Origin: a virus
Lineage: Duplodnaviria; Caudoviricetes
Reading direction: 5' to 3' (one strand)
Length of the DNA stretch: 64,000 nucleotides
IMG/VR virus record: IMGVR_UViG_3300046170_000411
Span: 989-64,988 of that record
The notes under the pieces were generated by a model, which did not search any database, was not told where the DNA came from, and saw nothing but the letters and a program-made list of their open reading frames with translations. The position numbers and the translations under genes are program-made. Below, in pieces: positions 52,439 through 61,781 of the stretch (positions are counted from its first letter, which is position 1; each line of letters starts with the position of its first letter).

Positions 52439-52669
52439 ATGAATAAAAACGACAAATTACAAAACTACATTGATTTTCAAAACAAGTTTAAAAGAATGAA
52501 TGATCTTTTGCCTGAGTGGCAAGTTGAATATTCAATTGAAAAATTCAAGCCGTTAATCGATGATGGCTTTGATGGCAATGATATTATTGAATACTTTACA
52601 GTAAAGCTAATTGATTATATCCAAAATAAATATGAACCAACAAAACCAAATGATGATGGCGGGAAATAA
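52439..52669 (+). CDS. Small early protein
   Basis: 76-aa ORF after promoter copy 4. Confidence 0.55.
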   Translation: MNKNDKLQNYIDFQNKFKRMNDLLPEWQVEYSIEKFKPLIDDGFDGNDIIEYFTVKLIDYIQNKYEPTKPNDDGGK

Positions 52670-52802
52670 ATACGATACACCATTTGCTATACACAAACCA
52701 AAGTTTTACAAATTACAATTTGAAGATCAAGATGGCATTGTGCAAAGCATGAACGGTACACCACTACAAGTATTAAATTATATACTAAACCAGCAATTAT
52801 GA
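52632..52802 (+). CDS. Small early protein
   Basis: Probable start at MNQQ (52632). Confidence 0.45.
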   Translation: MNQQNQMMMAGNKYDTPFAIHKPKFYKLQFEDQDGIVQSMNGTPLQVLNYILNQQL

Positions 52803-52879
52803 ATTGTGAAATATGTAACAAACCAATGACTATAGAAGATTACGAATATTGTGATATTTGTGGTGATTGCTTAGAATAA
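52799..52879 (+). CDS. 26-aa C4 zinc-binding microprotein (not in ORF track)
   Basis: MNCEICNKPMTIEDYEYCDICGDCLE*; ATGA overlap with the upstream ORF. Confidence 0.5.
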   Translation: MNCEICNKPMTIEDYEYCDICGDCLE

Positions 52880-52886
52880 ATAAAAT

Positions 52887-53078
52887 ATGAAATATTGTAA
52901 ATGCGGTAATGAAGTACATCCTGTTCGAATTGAAATGGGTTATAAAAATTGTGTGCAATGCTCTGATACACAGTTATATAGTTATGTACCAATCATTGCA
53001 AACAAACAAGTACTAGAAGTACAAATCGTTGATCAAGCTACAAGTGCAAATGTTCACAGAGCTTGGCGACGCAAATAA
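52887..53078 (+). CDS. DksA/TraR-type C4 zinc-finger protein
   Basis: CKCG.EV...R.....NCVQCS. Confidence 0.55.
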   Translation: MKYCKCGNEVHPVRIEMGYKNCVQCSDTQLYSYVPIIANKQVLEVQIVDQATSANVHRAWRRK

Positions 53079-53160
53079 AATATTAACGACACCGAAGGAA
53101 TGCTGACGAGCAATATATACTAGTTAAAAAGACAGGTAATGAGCTGCGCCTTCGGCCACT

Positions 53161-53239
53161 GGGCGTGACGGGTAAGTGCTGACAAAGTTCGAAAGTACAC
53201 TATCAGCAAACGGAGGTTCGACTCCTCCCACGTCCACTA
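53161..53239 (+). ncRNA. tRNA-like RNA resembling the tmRNA tRNA-like domain (G3.U70, A73), lacking D-stem, anticodon loop and tag ORF
   Basis: GGGCGTG/CACGTCC-A acceptor stem; GGAGG-TTCGACT-CCTCC T arm; TGCTGA/TCAGCA central helix; intergenic GC-rich island. Confidence 0.65.
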
Positions 53240-53249
53240 AATTAAAATT

Positions 53250-53492
53250 ATGACTAAAAAACAAATTGACTTGAGAATTGAATCAAAACTGATTGGCAAA
53301 ATGGCTAATCATAGGTTAATGGCACGTGATCTATTTAGAAAACGGCACAAAGGTGCATTTCCAGAATTAAATGTAAATCAATGTATGTATCATCTAAACG
53401 AACTTAGAGTGTGGAAACGTATTGCTGAACTTGTAGATAACACAAATTCTATACCTTATGAAACTTATTATGCAAACGAATTAACTAAATAA
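53250..53492 (+). CDS. Hypothetical protein
   Basis: 80-aa ORF with A-rich start. Confidence 0.55.
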   Translation: MTKKQIDLRIESKLIGKMANHRLMARDLFRKRHKGAFPELNVNQCMYHLNELRVWKRIAELVDNTNSIPYETYYANELTK

Positions 53493-53498
53493 ATATAT

Positions 53499-53819
53499 AT
53501 GACTGCAATTGAAAAATTACAAAACAAACTAAACATTGAAATTGATGAAACATACAGATATAATTTGTATGATCTTGAAGTATCAACCTACAATACGGCT
53601 GATGGCTACGAAGTATATGTTATGAACAGTACTCCATTTGAAAATAACCTTGATTGGGAGAATGATGTATTTTATTATCAACCATCATTTGATGACATTA
53701 TGTCACGTATTATGGAATTAGATCCTGACTCTAAAGTATATATTGATGACATTGAAGAGTATATGCCTGAATATGAAATTGAACAATGGATTAACGACAA
53801 CGAAGATACAGATGACTAA
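53499..53819 (+). CDS. Highly acidic hypothetical protein
   Basis: 106 aa, D/E- and Tyr-rich. Confidence 0.6.
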   Translation: MTAIEKLQNKLNIEIDETYRYNLYDLEVSTYNTADGYEVYVMNSTPFENNLDWENDVFYYQPSFDDIMSRIMELDPDSKVYIDDIEEYMPEYEIEQWINDNEDTDD

Positions 53820-54117
53820 CGAACAATTAGAGCAGCTTGCTCAGCTTATTGCAGACAAAGTTACCGATAAGCTTGAAAAACTTTTTGAAGAAGAACCACC
53901 TGCTCCTACATGGCCAATGAGTCCTCAAGAGTTTTTTCATCATCAAGTTGATGGTTTTGGTAACATAAAACATTTTAGCCGCAAAGATTTGCTATACACC
54001 CAACTTCAACAATTAGACGAACAAAGAGCAAAATTATTAGCTGAAGAAAAATATGAATTATTAATTGAATTAGAAGAAATTTATGAAAAACTTAAAAAAG
54101 AGCATGACAAACTTTAA
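53812..54117 (+). CDS. Hypothetical helical protein
   Basis: Probable start MTNEQLEQ overlapping the upstream ORF; UVR-like EEKYE C-terminus. Confidence 0.55.
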   Translation: MTNEQLEQLAQLIADKVTDKLEKLFEEEPPAPTWPMSPQEFFHHQVDGFGNIKHFSRKDLLYTQLQQLDEQRAKLLAEEKYELLIELEEIYEKLKKEHDKL

Positions 54118-54198
54118 TAAATTAGTAAAAACTTAAATAACAATATCACAATTTAACAAATTAACAAAAAACTTAAATAGCAATATGACAAACTTTAA
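54084..54198 (+). repeat. Three imperfect ~40-bp tandem repeats upstream of the ligase gene
   Basis: AAAAACTTAAA at about 54086, 54127 and 54167; ATGACAAACTTTAA at 54104 and 54185. Confidence 0.65.
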
Positions 54199-55030
54199 AC
54201 CAATGCTGGCACACCCAGTATCAAAACAAATCAACTATGATCAAACATTATTTATTCAACCCAAGCTCGACGGTGTTCGCTGCTACATTACAGCCGATGG
54301 AGCATTTAGCAGAAACGGTAAGCAATTCTACAATTGTAAACATATACTCACTGAGCTTAAGCCACTCTTTGCCGATAATCCTTATCTTATTCTTGATGGC
54401 GAGCTTTATAATCATAAGTTCAAAAACAACTTCAACAAAATAATTTCACTTGTCCGCAAGCAAAAACCTACGCAACAAGATAAATTTGAAGCAGCAAGTT
54501 ATTTGCAATTCCATTGCTACGATTTATTTGAAACAACAAGCTTTTCTAATGTTGATTTTATTGATCGTACACTTGCTATTACAAATCTTAAAAGCAAATA
54601 CAAACTTAAGTTCACTCACGAAGTTGATACTAAAGTTATTTACTCAGAAACTGAACTAAACAAATTTCACAAACAAAACAAAGCAAACGGCTACGAAGGC
54701 TCTATGCTCAGACAAAACAAACCTTATGAACAAAAACGAAGTTACACACTACAAAAAGTCAAAGATTGGTCGGACACCGAGATCACAATCACTGGTTACA
54801 TTGAAGGCCGTGGCAAATTCAAAAACGGTCTTGGCAAATTCATCGGTGTTGATTCAGACAATCGAGTAGTTGAAGTGCCTTGGCCATCACTTACAATACA
54901 AAAGCGTAAAGATATTTGGGCTGCACGCGGTTATTTTATTAATAAACAATTAACATTCGAGTACTTCGAGCGTACACCATCTGGCGCATATCGTTTCCCT
55001 CGAGCTAAAACAATTCGTAATTATGAGTAA
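54185..55030 (+). CDS. ATP-dependent DNA ligase
   Basis: PMLA, QPKLDGVRC, LDGELY, YEGSMLR, KRS..LQKVK, RFP motifs. Confidence 0.93.
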   Translation: MTNFKPMLAHPVSKQINYDQTLFIQPKLDGVRCYITADGAFSRNGKQFYNCKHILTELKPLFADNPYLILDGELYNHKFKNNFNKIISLVRKQKPTQQDKFEAASYLQFHCYDLFETTSFSNVDFIDRTLAITNLKSKYKLKFTHEVDTKVIYSETELNKFHKQNKANGYEGSMLRQNKPYEQKRSYTLQKVKDWSDTEITITGYIEGRGKFKNGLGKFIGVDSDNRVVEVPWPSLTIQKRKDIWAARGYFINKQLTFEYFERTPSGAYRFPRAKTIRNYE

Positions 55031-55101
55031 ACTTATATGGGAATTATACAATACAAATCAAATTAGTGAAGAAGTAGCTAACAAATTATTAGATAAATTA
55101 T

Positions 55102-55347
55102 ATGAATAGTATTATACTAGCTTTAACGTTAGTAAGTATTGGAATATTTATAATGTATATTAAAGATTTTTTTAGTATATTGCCTATTATTTCAATAGTG
55201 CTAATGATTGCAATTGATGCATTAGTAATATTTATATTTTATAAATTAAACATAAACAAAACTGATATTGCACTAGGCATATTTGCCTCAACAATATTAA
55301 AAGTAATTTCATTCTTAATAATAAATAAACATGAACAAACCAATTAA
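55102..55347 (+). CDS. Small multi-pass membrane protein
   Basis: Three hydrophobic segments. Confidence 0.55.
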   Translation: MNSIILALTLVSIGIFIMYIKDFFSILPIISIVLMIAIDALVIFIFYKLNINKTDIALGIFASTILKVISFLIINKHEQTN

Positions 55348-55883
55348 ACTAACAGATTCTCAAGGTAAAGTAAGAAAATTTAAACCTTATCAAATTAGTA
55401 ACATACCACCAAGCTTTGATAAGAAAAAGCATTTACATTTTAATAAAGGAGGTATAACTTATATAGAAGACCAACCTCACTGGTCAGACGCATTAAAATG
55501 AGCAAGCTAGGAAAACTTATTGTAGACTGTCCAATATACGGCCATGAAGAATATATTATCAATACAGCAGTAGCTGAGCATGTACAAGATGCAACTATTA
55601 AAAGGATATTAAAATACCATCCTAGTGAAGCTATAATTGATTTTGAAGAAATATGCTAAAAAAAACATGGAGAATATGGGCTAAAGCTCTTGGAGAAAAA
55701 GCGGCAGAAAACGCAGACACTGTTGCTTTTGTAAGAACATTATTAATAGCGCAAGCTGTTATAACAAATATATTAATATCAATTAACATTATAATTAACT
55801 GGTTATGAGCGCAATACAACAATATAAACATTTGCTATACACCAACGCTTTTGGCGTTGCTAAAACAATAAAACAATTACGCA

Positions 55884-56096
55884 ATGAAAATAAAAATAGG
55901 AAACAAAACAATTCTGTGTACAAGAAAAAAAGATCATAGAGATTTTCTTTTTGAAAGAATAATGCAATTAAGAAATGAAATAATACAAGATGTATTAGAA
56001 TCAACTTTAAAAAACAGGATTCCAGTAAAGCTGCTTAAACATAAAGCAGAGCTTATAAGAAAATATAGTAGAAGATTAAAAATATTACATACATGA
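55884..56096 (+). CDS. Small basic hypothetical protein
   Basis: 70 aa; ATGA-coupled to the sigma gene. Confidence 0.5.
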   Translation: MKIKIGNKTILCTRKKDHRDFLFERIMQLRNEIIQDVLESTLKNRIPVKLLKHKAELIRKYSRRLKILHT

Positions 56097-56824
56097 AATG
56101 GTACAGCCATGCTACATATAAATCTCATTTAGCTATTCTAAAATCATACAATAGAATAGACCCTATGCGTGCACCTTACATTGAATGGCCTAAATCTCTT
56201 GCAAATATATTTGAAAGATCTTATCCTAGAATTGGTATATTAGATCTTACAGATTTATTGCAAGAAGGATATTGCGCTTTTTATAAAGCGTGGACTAAAT
56301 TAAACTGGGATATAATTAACGAAGCAGATGAACAAGACAAACCTGCAGTAATAACAAACTATTTAAAATTGAACATAAAGAACGGTATTAAACGAGCCAT
56401 AGCTCGCGATAGAGACACTATTAGGATTCCGGAGGCATATTATACAGAAAAGCCTCACGGAGACGCACACGGAGGAAAATACGATATGAATTATCAAACT
56501 GATATATTCTTAACACGCACATTTTCTTCCTTCTTTAATAATCATTATTTAGATGTTGCCAATGAAATATCTAATTATGATAATGATTTATTAAATGACT
56601 TTTTAAATAAAGTAATGAACAAGTATTTAACACCCATGGAAAAAGGTATCATATGTAAATATTATGGTATTGATGAGCCTTATGATAAAAAAGTTAGTGT
56701 AGCTAAAATTGCTGAATGGGCAAACAAATCAGAAATATGGGTTAAGAAGAAAAAAGCAGAAGCTTTAAAAAAGCTACAGAATCAAGAAGTTAAAGAAATA
56801 ATTGAAAATTTTATGCAAGAATAG
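56093..56824 (+). CDS. Phage-encoded sigma70-family sigma factor
   Basis: Region 2 DLLQEG..AFYKA and I.RAIARDRDTIRIP; region 4 LTPMEK.II...YGI and KIAE...KS...V...K.EALKKL. Confidence 0.88.
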   Translation: MKWYSHATYKSHLAILKSYNRIDPMRAPYIEWPKSLANIFERSYPRIGILDLTDLLQEGYCAFYKAWTKLNWDIINEADEQDKPAVITNYLKLNIKNGIKRAIARDRDTIRIPEAYYTEKPHGDAHGGKYDMNYQTDIFLTRTFSSFFNNHYLDVANEISNYDNDLLNDFLNKVMNKYLTPMEKGIICKYYGIDEPYDKKVSVAKIAEWANKSEIWVKKKKAEALKKLQNQEVKEIIENFMQE

Positions 56825-56860
56825 TATACTTAAAGCTATTTTTATGTAATATATATTATA
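56825..56860 (+). promoter_or_regulatory. Class-2 phage promoter candidate (replication operon)
   Basis: TATAC-N11-TTTATGTAATATATATTATA directly after the sigma stop codon; matches 49850-49885 on the minus strand. Confidence 0.6.
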
Positions 56861-56863
56861 CCT

Positions 56864-57121
56864 ATGAATAATAACATTAATAAATTATACGACATCGAAG
56901 ATGACGCAATTGACAGAGGTGATGCTTCTAACTTGTCTGAAGAGCTTAGCTATTATAACATTGATAATAGTCCTTCGGACATTAATCTTAATCAAAAAAT
57001 TGAAGCAGACTATCATAATACTTACTACAAAAAAGGTAAGTTTAGTACAAGAACGCTTAGAATGAATAATATTAAATGGCACAAATTAAATAAATATGAC
57101 AACAGCAGAAAAATTAAGTAA
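56864..57121 (+). CDS. Hypothetical protein
   Basis: 85-aa ORF; if the class-2 promoter is real the mRNA would be nearly leaderless. Confidence 0.45.
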   Translation: MNNNINKLYDIEDDAIDRGDASNLSEELSYYNIDNSPSDINLNQKIEADYHNTYYKKGKFSTRTLRMNNIKWHKLNKYDNSRKIK

Positions 57122-57629
57122 AATTCAAATCGAGTTCAAAGCTAAAAAGTCTAGGTTTAATTCTTTCGGTAAGTATAATTTCAGATCAGCTGAAGATATA
57201 CTGGAAGCATTGAAACCTATGAATGAAAAATACCGAGTGTATTTTACTATTGACGAAAAGTACATTCATACAGATCAGCTACCTATCATTGAAACAAAAG
57301 CAACCATGTTTGATATAGACGAAAACAATGCTATACATTCAAGTGCTATTGTTGGTGTTGATTTACATCAAAAAGGTATGGCTACGCCCCAACAGTTTGG
57401 GAGTGCTTCTAGCTACGCTAAAAAGTATGCGCTGGGTAATCTACTATTAATAGATGATACTGCGGATGCGGATGCTACAAACGACCACGGAGCTATGCGT
57501 AAGCCTAAAATAACTTCTAATAATATTGAAAAAGCTAAAAAGTTTTTATCAAACGGAGGATTGCTTAAAACGCTACAAGATAAATATGATATAGAGCCTG
57601 CAGCTCTTAAAGAATTACAGAATGGATAG
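57096..57629 (+). CDS. ERF-family single-strand annealing protein
   Basis: L.KIQ..FKAKK..FN.FGKYNFRSAEDILEALKP; Q..GSASSYAKKYALG.L..IDD..DAD. Confidence 0.85.
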   Translation: MTTAEKLSKIQIEFKAKKSRFNSFGKYNFRSAEDILEALKPMNEKYRVYFTIDEKYIHTDQLPIIETKATMFDIDENNAIHSSAIVGVDLHQKGMATPQQFGSASSYAKKYALGNLLLIDDTADADATNDHGAMRKPKITSNNIEKAKKFLSNGGLLKTLQDKYDIEPAALKELQNG

Positions 57630-58353
57630 ACAAGAGACATTAGATAAATTGCGTGATGATGAGAATTATTACGGTGAGTTTGGAAAACAATACCTAAGTA
57701 ATTCTGATATATCAGCATTATTAAATAATCCTCTTGATTTTAAGAAGCAAACACCACCGTCTGCTGCATTGGTAATTGGTGGTTATTTTCACACATGCAT
57801 CCTCGAGCCTCATAAGCTTGATAAGTACAAAATAATTAAATCGAGTACACGTAACACTAAATTGTACAAAGAGCTTTCAGAAGGCGATATATGCTTGCTA
57901 GAACATGAAGCAGACAATATTGAATTAATGAGAGAAACAGTTCTAGACAATGAGCTATTTAAAGATTTAATTCAAGAAGGTGAAGTTGAGTATGAAGTAC
58001 CTGGCTTAGTAGAGCTTGAGGGCATGACGTGGAAAGGTAAAGCAGATATTGTAAATCATTCGCACCAATTAGTGGTTGATTTAAAAACTACTGGAAATAT
58101 TAATGCATTTCAAAGTAGTGCTTACAAATATAATTACGACAGCCAAGCATATATATATTCAAAAATGTTTGGCTATGAACTTGTTTTTATTGTTATTGAT
58201 AAAAACACTAAGCAACTAGGTTTATTTGATTGCAGCGATAAGTTTATGCATTCAGGTTCAAACAAAGTAGCTCGAGCCGTGCAGGCTTATAATGAATTTT
58301 TTGTAAATGGCGAAGGAGATTTTAGCCAATATTATATCTCCAAAACACTTTAA
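57622..58353 (+). CDS. PD-(D/E)XK exonuclease (RecE/DUF3799-like)
   Basis: YLSNS, G..FH..ILEP, WKGKAD, VDLKTT, Y.Y..QA..Y. Confidence 0.8.
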   Translation: MDRQETLDKLRDDENYYGEFGKQYLSNSDISALLNNPLDFKKQTPPSAALVIGGYFHTCILEPHKLDKYKIIKSSTRNTKLYKELSEGDICLLEHEADNIELMRETVLDNELFKDLIQEGEVEYEVPGLVELEGMTWKGKADIVNHSHQLVVDLKTTGNINAFQSSAYKYNYDSQAYIYSKMFGYELVFIVIDKNTKQLGLFDCSDKFMHSGSNKVARAVQAYNEFFVNGEGDFSQYYISKTL

Positions 58354-58369
58354 TTTAAATTTAATTATT

Positions 58370-58537
58370 ATGGCAAGAACAAGAAAACAAACTTGTGATG
58401 TTACTGGTATGACAACCAGTGTAAACAATTTTTACAACAAACAAAACCATGTAAAAGCGGTAGATAATCTGCGTAGAGTTACTGGCGCTAACAAAGACCA
58501 GCTCAGAAGAATGTTTAATCAATTAGCTACATACTAA
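58370..58537 (+). CDS. Small hypothetical protein
   Basis: Start MARTRKQ after an A/T-rich leader; TAATG-coupled to the next gene. Confidence 0.55.
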   Translation: MARTRKQTCDVTGMTTSVNNFYNKQNHVKAVDNLRRVTGANKDQLRRMFNQLATY

Positions 58538-58851
58538 TGGCAAGTATTATTTCAGCAAACATTGACTTAACTAAAATTGATAAGTCAAAAATTTACGAAG
58601 GTAAAAAAGGTAAGTATTATCCAATTACTATTGTTCTTAACGATGAGCCTGGCCAATACGGCGACTCAGGATATATTCAAACGGAACAAACTAAAGAGGA
58701 ACGTGATGCCAAGCAACCTAAAAGTTATTTAGGTAATGTTAAAGTGGTCTGGACTAACGGCGAAAATGTAACTACTGCCGCTAGAGAAGATTCACCTCAG
58801 CAAGCTTCTATGCAAGCGCAGGCGCCTGTAGAACCTGATCTTCCTTTCTAA
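58537..58851 (+). CDS. Putative single-stranded DNA-binding protein
   Basis: Beta-rich core and acidic C-terminal DLPF tail; located between exonuclease and primase. Confidence 0.65.
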   Translation: MASIISANIDLTKIDKSKIYEGKKGKYYPITIVLNDEPGQYGDSGYIQTEQTKEERDAKQPKSYLGNVKVVWTNGENVTTAAREDSPQQASMQAQAPVEPDLPF

Positions 58852-58922
58852 TGAATGAAGACTTTGATTTTTACGACGTCGAGTACGACGAAGACGGTGA
58901 AATAACTTTAATTGAAGATTAA

Positions 58923-60627
58923 ATGAATACAACAGAGATCAATGGATTTACGATTGACCAGTTCAATCAATATGACCTTGAGGTTGGCAAGAAAGAGGGT
59001 ATATGCCCTAAATGCTCACATGATAGGAAACCTGAAAATCGTAAAGCTAAATGCGCTATGTATGATTGGGAACGTGGTCTCGGCACTTGTATGAATTGTG
59101 ATGAAGTATTTCAACTTCACACCTTTAAACGTAAAGGTGGTAGTGATAAAGTTTATGTTAGACCTGAGTGGAAAAATACCACTGAGCTATCTGACAAGGC
59201 TATTAAATGGTTCGAGGGTAGAGGCATATCACAATCTACCCTCAATCGTTTAAAGGTATCTGAAGGAGTAGAATGGATGCCTCAAACAAGTAAAAACGAA
59301 AATACTATTCAATTTAATTATTTTATAAATAACGAATTAATAAATATAAAATATAGAGATGGTAGAAAAAACTTTAAACTTGTTAAGGATGCAGAAAAAG
59401 TATTCTATAATCTTGATAATATTGTTGGTCATGACTGGTGTATTATTGTGGAAGGCGAAATGGATGCTCTTAGTTTTTGTGAAGCTGGCATATATAACGT
59501 CATATCCGTACCAAACGGTGCTACACTTAATAGGCTTAACCTTGATTATCTTGATAACTGCATTGAGTACTTTGATGATAAATCAAAAATCATACTCGCT
59601 ACAGATTCTGATGAGGCTGGTCAAAATTTACAACAAGAGCTTATACGTCGATTTGGCGCGGAAGTATGTTGGTTGGCAAGTTTCGGAGAGTATAAAGATG
59701 CTAATGACCTTCTTATTGCTAGCGGCAGGAACGCTCTTCGCGATGCTATACACGATGCAAAACCTGTTCCATTAGAGAACGTTGTAACAGTAGGGGATAT
59801 AAATGAAGAACTTGAAGAATTTATTTATGAAGGTTTTAAACCTGGGTATCAAATCGGTCTTGATAACTTTGATAGCATATTCAGTACTTATACAGGGCAA
59901 TTCATCACCGTTACAGGAGTGCCTAGCTCTGGCAAGTCTGATTTTGTTGATAGAATGGCTGTGGGTTACCAAATGAAGTATGGCTGGAAAACAGCATTTG
60001 CTTCACCAGAAAACAAACCAACATTTTTACACGCTCACAAGCTAATCAGAAAGATTGGCGGCTGGATGCCTAAAGAAAATGATTTAGGCACTGAAAAGTG
60101 GAATCGCTGCTTTGAAATAGTAAATGATAATTTTTACTTTATAGAAGCAGAAAGATATGACTTAGACACAGGTACTTAAAAAAGGTGCTGAGTTAGTTAA
60201 AAGAAAAGGTATTAAATGTTTAGTAATTGATCCTTACAATAAAGTTAAAATGAAAGGTGCTTCTGATATGTCTATACCAGATGCAACAATGGAGTATTTA
60301 GCTAAAATAGAAGCTTTTGCAAAAAAGTATGATGTTTTAGTAGTTGTTGTAGCGCACCCAACTAAAATGTACAAAAAAGATGATGGTACTATTGACGAAC
60401 CTACTATGTATAATATTAAAGGTGGTGGTGAATGGTATGACGCATCTTATCACGGTTTATTAGTGCATAGAGATTATACTAATAATTCTGTGAAAGTTAA
60501 AGTACTTAAAGTAAAATTTCAAAACTTAGGTGAGAATCAAGCAGAAGCACATTTTAAATGGAATCACGCTTCTGGAGACTATATGCCTTTAGCAGAAGTG
60601 CCTAGTGGGCCAATGCCTTGGGATTAA
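58923..60627 (+). CDS. T7 gp4/Twinkle-like primase-helicase (+1 insertion near 60171)
   Basis: Zn finger CPKC..CMNC, TOPRIM IVEGEMDALS and ATDSDEAG, Walker A GVPSSGKS; corrected frame gives LVIDPYN and VAHPTK. Confidence 0.9.
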
Positions 60628-60893
60628 TGGCAAAGAAAAAAGAAAATTGGATGCCAAAGTATCATCCTAATCCCGAAGAAATTAAAGCTTCTAATTATTG
60701 TATAAGAAACAATATTAGAATTTCACCACTAGGTATTAATGGTGAAATTGGAAAATGGAAAATAGGTATAAATGTTGGACCATATGTAAAAGGTGAAAAA
60801 ACTAATATAGCACCTCATATATATGACAAACATACTATATGGCCTAGTTATTACGAAATGTGTAAATATTATTATGATAAACGTACAAGATGA
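60627..60893 (+). CDS. Hypothetical protein
   Basis: TAATG-coupled start MAKKKEN. Confidence 0.55.
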   Translation: MAKKKENWMPKYHPNPEEIKASNYCIRNNIRISPLGINGEIGKWKIGINVGPYVKGEKTNIAPHIYDKHTIWPSYYEMCKYYYDKRTR

Positions 60894-61704
60894 GTACAGA
60901 GGATTACTATCAGGAATACTCCACGGTGGAGCACAAAAAGAGGATAGAACAAAGACTGGGACACAATCTGTCTTTGGAAGAATGCTTCGACATGACATGG
61001 AACTTGGGTTTCCATTGCTAACAACTAAAAAAATATATTTTAAACATGCAGTTACGGAACTATTATGGATCTTACAGGGACGCACTGACATTGCTTACTT
61101 GCACGATCACGGTGTTACTTACTGGGATCCTGATTATAAGCGCTCAGGTAGAACTGACGGTACGCTCGGTCCTGTTTATGGGAAGCAGCTTAGGAACTTT
61201 AATGGTGTTGATCAGCTTGAAAAAATACTCAAGCAAATTAAACAAGAGCCAAGCTCAAGGCGCATTATGGCAAGCTTATGGAATCCCAATGATATGGATG
61301 ATATGGCACTCCCTCCTTGTCATTATGGCTTTCAAATATATATAAACGATGGAAAACTTAATTTATTATGGAACCAGCGATCTGCTGACGTCTTTCTTGG
61401 GTTGCCTTATGATTTTGCCATGTATGGTTTACTCTTACTTATGTTGGCAAAAGGAGCGGGTTATAGACCTGGGCGTCTTACTGCTTCACTGGGTGATTGT
61501 CACCTTTACAATAACCATATCGATCAAGCTACAGAGCAATTATCCCGTGATTTTAGGGAACTTCCTCGCGTGGGAATTGATTTTGGATTATCTATTGAAG
61601 AAGGAGCAGGAAACTTTATAAGGATACCAACACATAAAATGATTCACTTGGTAAACTATAAACCTCATGAAGCAATTAAAGCCCAGCTCAATGTCGGAGT
61701 ATAG
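60874..61704 (+). CDS. thyA: Thymidylate synthase
   Basis: DRTKTGT, FPLLTTKK, ELLW, LGPVYG, SRR, MALPPCH, QRSADVFLGLP, GDCHLY. Confidence 0.95.
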   Translation: MINVQDEYRGLLSGILHGGAQKEDRTKTGTQSVFGRMLRHDMELGFPLLTTKKIYFKHAVTELLWILQGRTDIAYLHDHGVTYWDPDYKRSGRTDGTLGPVYGKQLRNFNGVDQLEKILKQIKQEPSSRRIMASLWNPNDMDDMALPPCHYGFQIYINDGKLNLLWNQRSADVFLGLPYDFAMYGLLLLMLAKGAGYRPGRLTASLGDCHLYNNHIDQATEQLSRDFRELPRVGIDFGLSIEEGAGNFIRIPTHKMIHLVNYKPHEAIKAQLNVGV

Positions 61705-61781
61705 ATACTGGTTTCAAAAAAATAATCATATGGGTAAATTTCTTAGCAAAAGAAGTTTAGAAATAATTAAATCAATAAAAA

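Noticed and set aside
53103-53195. Hammerhead ribozyme (CTGACGA ... GAAA)
   Set aside because: Stem II does not pair beyond one base pair, and stems I and III could not be built
53161-53239. Canonical tRNA gene or prophage attachment site
   Set aside because: No D-stem or 7-nt anticodon loop; no integrase, host genes or duplicated att core in the window
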